64,000 nt of DNA from Eledone cirrhosa (Eukaryota), in the NCBI GenBank assembly GCA_964016885.1, contig OZ024741.1, positions 202,802,001 through 202,866,000 of the forward strand. The letters run 5' to 3'. This document shows positions 52,460 through 64,000 of the stretch, piece after piece. The notes under the pieces are model-generated. The model did no database searches. It was given only the letters and a program-made list of their open reading frames with translations, and was not told the origin of the DNA. Both the position numbers and the translations under genes were made by a program. The stretch's first letter is position 1, and every line of letters starts with the position of its first letter.

Positions 52460-55400
52460 CTACAGCCGTATGACCAGAGTAGGCCCACTCACACGGGCTA
52501 TTCTAGCCACATTCACCCACCTTTCAGCAAATGTACTGGGGGGGGGGGGGGGGGGTGTCAGCACTTCTCTCTCCCCCCTCATCTTCCTTTCCAAGTGAAA
52601 CTTGAAAAAGTTGATGAGGGATTGGCCGAACGGAAAAGTATCTGTCTTCAGTCCTTTCAACCTCGTCCACCACACAACCTCTTTCGCTACTGCCACCAGA
52701 CAGAGGAAAATTGCCTACACTTCCTGGCCAAAAGAAGGCGGCGGGTCGATCTTCACTCGGCCGATAGCCGGATCCGTTCTACACGCGACAACAGCTGTTC
52801 AACATAACTCCACAAGTCAGTAATGCACGGACACTGGACGAGTGCGTGCAGAACGGTTTCGTCGCTCTGCGCGCATCTCGGGCAGGTCCGTCTGACAGCA
52901 CTTCCGTGCCTGTAGAGTTAATCTCGAACCGGCAGTACCCCCCGGTAGCACTGCCAAGCGAGGGATTTTTGGAAATTATCCATCGTCCCCGGCTCGAAAG
53001 TCCTCCAGTACAAACTGGTTAGTTCGACTTCGTTGACTCCCAGAGCCTCTCCGAGTGTGTCGTCGCACTTGCCCACCACTAATCCTCTATAGAACTCGAG
53101 AGTGGAAGTTCCACTGACCGCATTGCCCGCCTGGTAGAGGGCAGTGAGTGCCTGGCAACATTCCAGATACCAGTCACCCAGTCTCTTCTTGACCCAGGAC
53201 TTCAACTCATTCAAAGAGACGAGCTGCGGAAAGGCCCGTCTGACAAACGGCGACCACACCTGTTCACCGTTTAGGCAGAATATCTGGAGATGCCGCAGCC
53301 TCAGCGCGTGCCTGCGCATCACGAGCCACGGCATGCCCAGCCCTCCACGTAGAGGGTGCTGGCAGCAGATGGACCGCCTCACCATCGGAACCTGACCCCT
53401 CCACAATAATTTGAAGAGGAGCCTCTCCAAGATGGCGAGGCGCGAACGGGGGCAAGGGACGACAGTCAGACGGTAGTAGATGACGGACGCGATGTACGCG
53501 TTCGCCACCTCCGCCCGACCTTTCAGTGATAGCTTCATCCCAGCCCATTTCTGGGTGAGACTGACTACCCTGCCCGTCACCTCGTCCCAATTCTTATCCA
53601 CCTGGAGGTCTGGCTCGAACCAAACCCCTAGCAACTTTACCGGTCCGTCCGTCCAGCGCCTAAAGACGCTGTTGGACGGCATGGACTTGCTTCTCCAGGT
53701 GCCGAGTTGCAAGCCTACTGACTTTTCCGGGTTAAGTTTTGCTCCCGTCAACCTTTCATATTCCTCCAATAAGTTGCCGACCACCTTGATTTCTGAGGTG
53801 TCCGACACCATCACGGTGATGTCGTCCGCATAAGCCGACACAGCCTTTCCGCGTCCCGGTTCGAGCGGGATGCCCTGCAACAGCTCCAGCTTCCGCAGTA
53901 AAGGCTCGAGAGTCAATACGTACAGAAGGGAGGAGAGAGGGCACCCTTGACGGACCGATCGGGAGACCTGAAACGGTTCCGAGAGGTGGCCATTAATTTT
54001 GATCATCGAGCAGGTGCCGCTGTGCATTGCAGCGATCCAGCTTCTGAAGACAGGGCCGAAGCCAGCCGCCTTGAGGACAGCCTCCAGGTACCGATGGTCG
54101 ACCCTATCGAATGCTTTCGATTGATCTAAATTGATCAGAGCCCCACCGAAGCCAGGTTTACACCCTACCCTCTCTATGATGTATCGCATTAGGTGGAGGT
54201 TGTCGTGTATGGACCTGGTTGGGATTGCGCAAGTTTGCGCCTCCCCAACCAAATCCCCGACGACAAGCGCCGACCTCTTCGCTAACACCCTGGCCAAAAT
54301 CTTAAACTCTGTGTTGAGCAGAGTTATGGGCCTGAAATTGTCTAATGTGTCCCTCTTGTTCTCGTCTTTCTTTATCAGCGTCACTACGCCCCGGCTCACA
54401 GAACTGGGAATACTCCCGTTTTGCTGCCAGTTGCAGTAGAGGGCTTCGGGGAGATTGGAGAACAAGTCTGGCATATTTACGTAAAGCTCGTAGGGCAGAC
54501 CATCCAAACCGGGTGACTTGTGCCTCATGCAGCCTACAAGGGCATCCTGAATCTCGGCTGAAGTAATTGGCCTTTCGCAGCGCCCAGCGTCAGCCGTCGA
54601 GAATTGCGGAAAGCTATCGAGGTAGGGACTGAAGTCCACCATATCTCTGACCCGCCACTTCCCCCGAACAACCGAGCAAAATGTTGGCGAAAGGCCTCAC
54701 ACATCCTCTTGGAATCGCTCAGCTCGTGTCCGTCTCGGTCCGTCAAAGACCGAATCGTGGTTTTATTACCACGCTGCGCCTCTGCCACGCGGGCCCATCG
54801 AACAGCTTTGGTTCCCTCGTTTCTCAAAGCACGCGCCTTAGCTCTGACAATGCAACCTTCGTGTTTCGCATTGAAGAAATGGTCTAATGCCATTCTCGCC
54901 GCTAGCACATCAGTTGCAATGCCACTACCAATAGCCTCGTCTAACTTATCTACCAACTCCCCCTCCTTTCTATTTTTCTCTAATGCTACTTCTTTGCTAA
55001 ACTCTATCGACATTACTCTAATCTCTCTTTTGAGAGCCCCCCACCATCTATTGTTGACGACTCCCCCTGTCAACGTTTTCTTAACTAAATTGTTGACTTG
55101 GTCCCTGTAAGCCTTACGTGCCGGAAATGACATGTTTAGCTTCCAGTAACCAGGTCCTAACCTACGCGTCTTATCTAGGTCGACCATACAGATCACAAAC
55201 TTGTGATCTGAATAGGCGACCGTTTCAAAACGTGGCCAGCTTACACTATTTCTGTCTATTTTCCTAATGAATATCCTGTCTATATACGATCTAGATGACC
55301 CTATGCGGTTAGCACAGGTCCACACTGGCGCATTAGGGAAATCTAGTCGGTACCTGTCAGACAGTTGGAACTGGCTGATCAGGTTCTTGAGGCTTTTGCA

Positions 55401-55874
55401 CCCCCCGCTCCTATCGGATACTCCCACACAGTCCCAGCGTGCATCTAAGATGCCGTTCCAGTCCCCCGCTAACAGTAAAGGGCGAGACGTACCCAGAAAG
55501 GCTTCCAGGCGTCTAAAGAAGTCCGGCCGTCCTGCCCCAGTAGGGGCATAGACGGCCACCAGTCTAAAGACACCACCTTCATTATTGTTCACGTCCAGGA
55601 TCACCAACCTCCCGTCCGGGTCCCGGAAGATCGACCTTACCTCGAGATCCAGGCCTTTCCTAAACAGCACTGCCACCCCGCCTCCCATTCCCGACCGGCT
55701 AACAGATGCAAATATCTGATAGTCGTCGAAAATGGGGGCTAGTGCGCGCGTGTCGGAAATCCTGGTCTCGCTGACTGCAATTACATCAATTTCTATAGAC
55801 CTGAGGTCGTTGAGCAGGTGACCCTGCTTCCAGGAAGATCCCAGGCCTCGAACATTTAAACATCCTACGGCCAT
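52460..55874 (-). pseudogene. LINE ORF2: AP endonuclease + RT + zinc finger, frameshifted
   Basis: LNVRGL, VSET, GDWN, IDR, SDH; KSPGLDGLP, FRPITLLN, LDQSKAFDRV, VRQGCPLS, AYADD. Confidence 0.92.
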
Positions 55875-55906
55875 GTTGGCAGGTTAAACAGAGAGAGAGA
55901 GAAGGT

Positions 55907-57598
55907 TTACTTACCTTCCGGGCTCTTGTGAAGGTCGGGTTGTTCGACCTCCATAGTTAGTGGGATTTCTTTTGGGAACCCCTTTAAAAATCTTGAAGTG
56001 GGTTTTTCGTTCGGGGTTCCCACGTCCCGAGGAAAGTTGTCTCGTATTTCTTTGAATATGTCGAGCGACATTCGCACCAGAACCAAATCTTCCGGCACGC
56101 GAAATGTGCTCGATTTAAAAATTTCCCCCTCTTTTTGTATATTTTCACTTCGTGCTACGAGGGCCATCAGTTCCTTGTTGGCCCTCCTGACGAGCACAAA
56201 GTTTTGTATGTTTTGTTGGTGTGATTTTATTTGTTTGCGTGGCTGTGGTGGTGATGGTTTTGGTGGTGTTGTTTCGGTTGTATCTGTGTTTGTTGTGAGT
56301 GCGGTGTCTGTGGTTTCAGATGTTTTTGTGTATATTTGTTCTTGCGTCTGTTTCGGTTGTTTGCGGTTGGGGGATTCTGGTGATGGCGATGGTGGTGTTG
56401 ATGTTGGTGTTATTGGGGAGATGTTTGCGTGGGTGGTGTCTGCGTTTTTTATTGTGGGTGCTTTTGTGCTTTGTTGAGTATTTTTTTTCTTTTTGGGTTT
56501 CCTTTTTTGTACTTTGGGGGATTTTGGATTTCCCTCATTTTCACTACTGGTAGATGAGGAGTCTGTGTCTGTAAGTGTGTCTGTATGTATGTTTATGGTT
56601 TTATTGGTGTGTGTATTTTTGGGGGGAGGGGGAATTTGACAGCTTTCCTCGTTTCCCCCCTGGGTGGTCAATGTTGGAGGTGGTCTTTCTGTTGGTGTTG
56701 TTGTTGGTGGTTTTGGCGGTGCTGGTGTTGGTTGTGGTCCTCGCCCCGGCGACGGCAGCAGTGGAGCCTTTCGACCCCTTGCCTCTTTCAGCAGTTGAGG
56801 GCAGAAGGCTCGCAAATGGATTTTTTCCCCACAAACAAAACACTGCGGCCTTTTGCCCTCGGTCATAATGTGAATGGCCGTCCCATTCTGAAGGCGGATG
56901 TTGTACAGGATTGTCTTCACATTCTCGGGCCTGATCTGGAGAAGGATCTCCAGGTCAACCCCGGACCAGTCCTCTCTGGCCGTTCTGGTCACTTCTATAG
57001 GGACTGTATCCGTCCCCTCCACAATCACACATCCCAGAAGCCACCACATGTCAAGTCCTGGTGGGATTCTGGGAATGCGGAGACGGGCCGTTCTTTTTCC
57101 CATGTGGGAGGGGTACATTATGACCTTGCTGGTTTTGAAAGGAGTCATAGCGTGTTTCATAGCGAGGGCTTCTGACTTGAACAACACCGAAATGGTGCCG
57201 TACTTCCTGCCCCTCTCTATGTACTGGGTGTCTTCTCTGATGCACCTCAGCGCGACTTCGACATCTTCTTGTGGGATTAAAGCTGCCCTTTTGGTTTGTG
57301 CTGAGATGCATCTATAATGCACCGTTTTGCGCTCCACTGCCTCAATAGATTCTACCGGGACAGTTAAGTTGGCCCAGGTTTGCTCTTGCTTGATGAGCTT
57401 CCATGCCTGGGCCAACTTTTCATCTTTGTTTGAGAGGTCGGCAGCGAAAGTGTTCTTCATGTTTTCGTTGGGGGTTTTGTTGTCGTTGTTCTTGTTGGTG
57501 TTGTTGTCGGCACTGTCGCTGTTATCATTGTTGTCTTTGTTGCCACCGTTGTTCTCGGTGCAGTTGGTATTGTTGCTGTTGTCGCTATTTGTTTTCAT
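55907..57598 (-). CDS. LINE ORF1 (gag-like, CCHC zinc knuckle, Pro/Thr-rich tail); true start is probably the frameshifted ATG at 57847
   Basis: 563-aa open frame with Cx2Cx4Hx4C, directly upstream of ORF2. Confidence 0.75.
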   Translation of the reverse strand: MKTNSDNSNNTNCTENNGGNKDNNDNSDSADNNTNKNNDNKTPNENMKNTFAADLSNKDEKLAQAWKLIKQEQTWANLTVPVESIEAVERKTVHYRCISAQTKRAALIPQEDVEVALRCIREDTQYIERGRKYGTISVLFKSEALAMKHAMTPFKTSKVIMYPSHMGKRTARLRIPRIPPGLDMWWLLGCVIVEGTDTVPIEVTRTAREDWSGVDLEILLQIRPENVKTILYNIRLQNGTAIHIMTEGKRPQCFVCGEKIHLRAFCPQLLKEARGRKAPLLPSPGRGPQPTPAPPKPPTTTPTERPPPTLTTQGGNEESCQIPPPPKNTHTNKTINIHTDTLTDTDSSSTSSENEGNPKSPKVQKRKPKKKKNTQQSTKAPTIKNADTTHANISPITPTSTPPSPSPESPNRKQPKQTQEQIYTKTSETTDTALTTNTDTTETTPPKPSPPQPRKQIKSHQQNIQNFVLVRRANKELMALVARSENIQKEGEIFKSSTFRVPEDLVLVRMSLDIFKEIRDNFPRDVGTPNEKPTSRFLKGFPKEIPLTMEVEQPDLHKSPEGK

Positions 57599-58106
57599 GT
57601 TAGTGGTGTTGATATTGTTGTTGTATTTGTTATTTTTTTTTTGTTATCTGTATTTTCGTTGTCGCTGTTACTCTCATTTTTTTTCAAAATTAGAGTTCTC
57701 ATTGGTATCATTGGTGTCTTTGTTTACCTTGTTTGTGGTGGTGTTTGTGTTATCAATTTGTGTTAATTTCGCTGTAGCGTTCCTCTCAACTTCTACGTCG
57801 TTATCGCACGACAGCCGACATATCGCTGGGGGGCGTGGCTCAGCCATGTTTTTTTTTCTTCGTAAATTTTTTAACATGTAAAAAAAAAATTTAAATATTT
57901 GGGCCAATACTTGGGCTTATATTTGGCCAATATTTGGGCTTATACTTTCCCCTTCACGGGGCAAAGTCTAAGGGCTTATATCCCTTACACAACAAGAAAT
58001 ATTTAACAACAAATAATTTTAACAGGCAAATAAAGCGACTTACTGGGAGCGAGCAAAATACGTCCGCTTAGACCAATAATAATAATAATAATAATAAAAA
58101 TAATAA

Positions 58107-61100
58107 TTTATTTATTAGCCACGAAGGGCTCACAAGAAGAAAACCTTATGGACGGTACAGGACGACACAGGACGGTACAGTGTGGGTTTTGCCGTGTAAA
58201 AAGTCAAATAAGAAAATCAAGGAAAAGATGTAAAACAAATTCAAAGTAAATGCCCCAATGGGGAGGAGGGGGACTTTAGAGGGTTACATGCGGAGAAAGC
58301 CCACAAAAATACATGGTCACACTACCCGCAATCACAAGTGCCCTCTCCTATTCTTCTGTCACATATTCAGAGTAGGCCCATTCGCTCGGGCCGTGGCCAT
58401 CTCTCTCACCTACTTTACAACAAACTGCATGGAAGGCAACACATCCCTCACCACCTTGATTTTTGTCTTCAAGTAAAACCTGAAAAAGTTAATCAGGGCT
58501 TCGCCGAAGTGGCAAGTGCTTTTCATCAACCCTTTCAGAAGTGTTCACTACACGACCACTTCGCCATGACGACCAGGCAGATAAAAACTGCCAGCGTCTC
58601 CTGGCTAAAGGAAGGTGGCGGGACAATTCTGACGATGGGCTCCTTTGATAGCTGGCTCCGTCCTGCACGTGACAGCAGGTGTTTGACATAAACCTACAAG
58701 TCAACAATACTCGGACTCTCGACGAGTGCGTGCAAGAGGGTTTTGTTCATCCTGCGCGCATCTCGGACAGGTCCGGCTGACGGCACTTCCATGCCTATAG
58801 AGTTTATCCCAAACTGGCAAAGCTCCTCGGTAGCACTTCCGGGCCAGGGATTTCTGGAATTTGTTCATGGGCCCCATGACAAAAGATCTCCGGAAGAGAT
58901 TGGCTAGGTGATTTTCATCGACGCCCATAGTATGCCCAAGGACGTCGTCGCTCTTTCCCTCCACTAACACTCTATAGAAAGCTAAGGTGCAGTTTCCACC
59001 AATCGCAGTGCCCGATTTTCTGACGGCTGTGAGCGCTTGAAGACATTCCAGTCTCCAAGCACTCCCTCCTGGTTTTCGCTTGACCCAGGTCTGCAGCTCC
59101 GTCAAGGAGACGAGCTTGGGAAAAACGTGTCTAGCAAACGGTGACCACACCTGTTCCTCGTCAAGGAAAAGATGGAGATATCGTAGCCTCAACGCATATT
59201 TACACATTATTAGTCACGGCATGCCCACTCTCTACTTAGCGGGTGTTGACAACAGATGGACCGCCTGATTATCGGAGCGCGTCCCTTCCACAAAAAGCGA
59301 AAGAGCGAACGCTCCAGTGCAGTCAGGCGAGACTTAAAACATGGCACGACGGTCAGGCGGTACTAGATGACGGATGCGATGTACGCGTTTGCAGCCTTTG
59401 CCCGACCTTTCAGTGACAGTTTTCTCTCGGCTCATTTCTGGGTGAGATGCCACCTTGCTCGTCACCTCATCCCAGTTTTTGTCCATTTGGAGGTCCGAAC
59501 CAAACCAGACTCCTAGCAATTTAACCGGTCTGTCTGTCCAGCGCCGAACGTCGCTGTTGGACGGCATAGACCTGCCTCTCCAAGTGGTGAGTTGCAAGCC
59601 CACCGACTTTTCCTGGTTAATTTTTGCTCCCGTCGTGACTACGTACTCCGTGAGAACGGTGCCGATCATCTTAATGTGTTTGGTGTTCGACACCACTTGG
59701 ATGATGTCGTCTGCATAAGCGGACATGGTTCTCCCGCCTCCCAGTTTGCACGGGACGCCCCACAACGTCTCTAGTTTGTGCAGAAGTGGCTTGAGAGTCA
59801 ATACATGAAGCAGGGATGAGTGGGGACATCGTTGGCGGACCGAGCGCATGTTGAACGGTTTGGAAAGATGGGTGTTCACTCTCCCCACAGAGCAGATGTC
59901 GCTGTGCATGGCAGAGATCCAGCCTCTGGAGACGGGCCCAAAGCCGGTCGCCTTCAGGACCAGATACCGATGTTCAGCCCTATTGAAAACTTTCGACTCA
60001 TCTAAATTGATCAAAGCCCCACCAGTACAAGGTTCCTTAGCTACCCTCTCCACGATAAATCGCATGTGGAGGAGGTGGGTGGAGCTGCCTGGAATGGCAC
60101 ATGTCTGCGCCTCTTCCACCAGACTCCCGACGACAAGCGACAAACTCGTTGATAACACTTTGGCCAAAATCTTGAACTCTGAGTTTAGCAGAGTTATGGG
60201 CTTGAAATTATCTATCTTGTCCCCCCTTGTTCGGGTCCTTTCTCAGCAGCTTCACCGCTCCTCGGCTCACAGAGCTGGGAATTATCCTATTTAGATGCCA
60301 GTTACAGGAGACGTCCGCAAAGAGGTCACCGAACAAGTTTGGCACGTGTACATAAAGCTCGTAGGGCACACCACCCAAACTAGGCGATTTACCCGTCGTG
60401 CAGTTATCGGCTTTTCGCAAAACTCCCCCGAACAGCAGAGCGAAATGCCACTGAAAAACCGCACACATTTGTCCGGGATCGAGTAACATGCACCCGTCGT
60501 GGTCCTCCAAAACCGGATCGTGGCTTCATTGCTAGGATGCGCCTCCGCCGCTCGGACCTATAAAATAGCTTTAGTCCCCTCATCTCTGAGAGCACGCGTC
60601 CTAGCCCTGACCACGCAGCCTTCGTACTTTGAGTTAAAGAATTGTTCGAGGGTCAATCTCGCCGCAAGGATGTCGGTCGCGATACCTTTACTAAGCGCCT
60701 TGTCTAATTTTCTAACTGCTCTATTTTTCTCTATTTCGAAAAGCTTACTGAACCTAATGGACTCTATTTTGATCGCACTTTTCAGAGCGAGCCACCATTT
60801 GTTGTTTACGACTGCCCCGTCAACGACCGATTAACTAATTAACTATGTAGGCTTTGCGCTTTGTGAGCGACGCGTTTAGCTTCCAGTAGCCGGGTCCCTC
60901 ACTATTTAAGTCGGCCACACAGATCACAAATTTGTGATTTGTGTAGTCGACAACCTATGCTAGAATTTAATATTTCCTTACAAAATACCCTATCTAGATA
61001 CGATCTGGATGACCCGATGCGGTTTGTCCATGTCCACATTGACACGTTCGGGAAATCCAGTTGGTACTTGTCAGACAATTGGAAGCGTCTGAGCAGTTTG

Positions 61101-61342
61101 TGTGGTTTTTACATCGTCATCCCCAATCCGTTGTACCACACAGTCCCAGTGTGCATCCAAGATACAGTTCCAATCGCCCACTAACATTAAAGAGTGGGAC
61201 GTTCTTAGGAAGGTCTTCAGTTGCCCGAAGAAATCAAGTTGTCCTGCCCCTGTCGGGGCATAAACTGCCACTAGCCTGAAAGCATAGCTTTCGCTGCTGG
61301 TCACGGCCAGCGCCACTGACTTACCTTCTGGGCCAAGGAAGA
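58107..61342 (-). mobile_element. Tx1/L1-clade LINE no.5, 5'-truncated in the APE domain, most decayed
   Basis: Fragmented VYAP/GDWN, AYADD and CPRC frames; 3' end abuts (AAT)n at 58075-58106. Confidence 0.9.
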
Positions 61343-61535
61343 TTACTGACCACTAATGATGATAGCAATAAATTAGGCAGAGACGAGAATGAAAGAAACA
61401 CAAGATTTAATTTGTTAGTATTTAGGAAATGTCAGCGATTGTCTTGTACACAGAATCAAAAGAGATTCAGCCGTGCCCATCCTATTTTTTGCTATGTCAG
61501 GATATACATTTTGTCTCTTTTTTATTCATGGCAGC

Positions 61536-62127
<592 letters not shown>

Positions 62128-62350
62128 ACACACAGACACACACACAGACACACACAGACACACACACACACACACACACAGACACACACACAGACACACA
62201 CACACACAGACACACAGACACAAACACACACACACAAACACACACACACACGCACACATATATATATATACAGGCAAAGACAGCACAGGCAATACATTAT
62301 TGTGTACGTGTGATACTTTATATATATACTTTATATACATACATATATAT

Positions 62351-62573
62351 ATGTCAACATGAATGGACCTGTTATTTTTATCTAAAGACTTTTTTTTCCA
62401 ATTCCAACCCGCCCGTCCCCTCAATCTATTTTATTTCTCATTCTTTCTACTGATGAAGGACTAGCATCCGAAACGTTAAGACCCTCTTCCTGTTATATGA
62501 AGCGTTAACCTAATATATCCCTTCCATATACTGTACCGATTCTGTCGTTATTTCTGTTTAGCTTTTACATACA
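62351..62573 (+). mobile_element. Hammerhead-bearing repeat (ribozyme 62446-62481), homologue of 10071-10290
   Basis: CTGATGA-A-GGA ctagca TCC-GAA-ACGT-T-AAGA. Confidence 0.7.
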
Positions 62574-62613
62574 TACATCATACATACATACCTACATAGA
62601 TATATACATATAC

Positions 62614-62672
<59 letters not shown>

Positions 62673-62831
62673 AATGAAGTAATTCCGTCGGAAAAGTTCA
62701 GGAAAAAAGAGTGCTCTATGTAGGTAAAATTTTGCTTTCAATCATCAGAATGATGATTGAAAGCAAAATTTTTTGCTTTTAAGAAACCACTGGTAAATGG
62801 AATAATCGCCTTATGTTGTTTATTACATAAC

Positions 62832-62915
<84 letters not shown>

Positions 62916-62960
62916 GGAATACTATTGGCTTCTTTGCTCACAATAATTTCTATACTTTTC

Positions 62961-63059
<99 letters not shown>

Positions 63060-63362
63060 CAAATATAAATTCAGCGAGAATCGTATTTCGGGTGGTAGAA
63101 AAAGCGAAACGAAACGCAAAATCGTAGAAATGCTGGCAAGCGCTCCAATAGTTAAGAAAACTAGAGCTAAACAATATGTTAAAACGCATATATATATATA
63201 TATATATAATAATAGTAATAATAATAAATATGAAGACCACATCCGAAGAAAGCTCGATAAGGATAAATATATATCAAATATATTTCAAATATACCATAGA
63301 GCAAACAGTTTCAGAAGATCCCTTTAAGGCTGGAGGCAACGATTCTGTTATTTTAATATATA

Positions 63363-63501
63363 CTAGCATAATGGCCCGGCGTTGCTCGGGATTTTCTCTA
63401 GGGTTCTTATATATTTGATATATATTTATCCTTATGGAGCCTCGTGAAATAAATACGTTTGTTTATATTTTGTTACTGTGTATGCAAAAATATCTGTAGA
63501 C

Positions 63502-63535
<34 letters not shown>

Positions 63536-64000
63536 GTCGGGATGGTGTCTACATTTTGACTTATAAAAAAATTCGTCGTAGATTACCAGGGTTTTTTTCC
63601 GTGCGAAGAAAATCAATACTTTATCGCGAAATAAATACTTTTGTTTATATTTTGTTATTGTGTATGCAAAAATATCTGTACAAAAATATATATAATTATA
63701 TATATATATATAGTGGTGGAACACTGGAAGGTAATATCCGTAGTGGTAGAACACTCAGTCGAAGGGACGAGTTAGGTAGAATTAGTTACACAACAGTTAG
63801 TTCACCATACCGAGAACAATTGTTTCACCTTCGCGGATCTTCGGCTCGGGATGTGTATGGTTATAGGAACAGGAAGGACAACCTGCATGCGCAGAAACTC
63901 AGTCACTTCACACAGGCAATACTAGACTGCGTGCGGGGGGTGTAAGGGAGATAACTGCGAAAGTCCGGAAAGTTTTTTGGTTGTAAATAAAATAAAAAAA
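63363..64000 (-). mobile_element. Probable non-autonomous Helitron running off the window edge
   Basis: CTAG plus hairpin CCCGGCGTTGCTCGGG at 63363-63390; internal ~180-bp tandem (63446, 63628). Confidence 0.5.

Larger units (their letters stand above)
52187..58074 (-). mobile_element. Tx1/L1-clade LINE no.4, full length and best preserved
   Basis: ORF1 57847/57598-55907 with CFVCGEKIHLRAFC; ORF2 from 55874 is split by frameshifts near 54640 and 52918. Confidence 0.95.

Overview
AT-rich eukaryotic intergenic or intronic DNA with no recognisable host protein-coding gene. The SINE families and dense TA/CA microsatellites suggest a coleoid cephalopod such as Octopus (inference). Almost every ORF-track call is microsatellite noise or antisense to a transposon. 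The real content is two parallel microsatellite-associated retroelement systems. (1) An apparently intact, very young Penelope-like element (PLE; 1210-aa RT + GIY-YIG ORF at 32753-36385 with an Asn-rich insert) sits in (TA)n as an inverted arm plus partial tandem. It is accompanied by several families of short non-coding, often fold-back elements in TA repeats. Many of these carry minimal hammerhead ribozymes, including a U3-A8 core variant. One family is a ~522-nt non-coding monomer that copies the PLE architecture without a canonical hammerhead. (2) Five co-oriented Tx1/L1-clade LINEs (plus an older fragment) are stacked at 38.6-61.3 kb and mostly joined through (ATT)n. They share a 3' tail with an abundant tRNA-derived SINE. 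The three that retain an ORF1/ORF2 junction carry a conserved, hairpin-masked AAG|GTAAGT splice-donor motif at the ORF1 stop. Also present are a degenerate HDV-like ribozyme, a HERO-type RLE relic, RTE fragments, hAT-type MITEs, Helitron ends and a ~480-bp inverted repeat bracketing 15 kb of the LINE stack. All alignments and folds were done by eye, so boundaries are approximate to a few bases.
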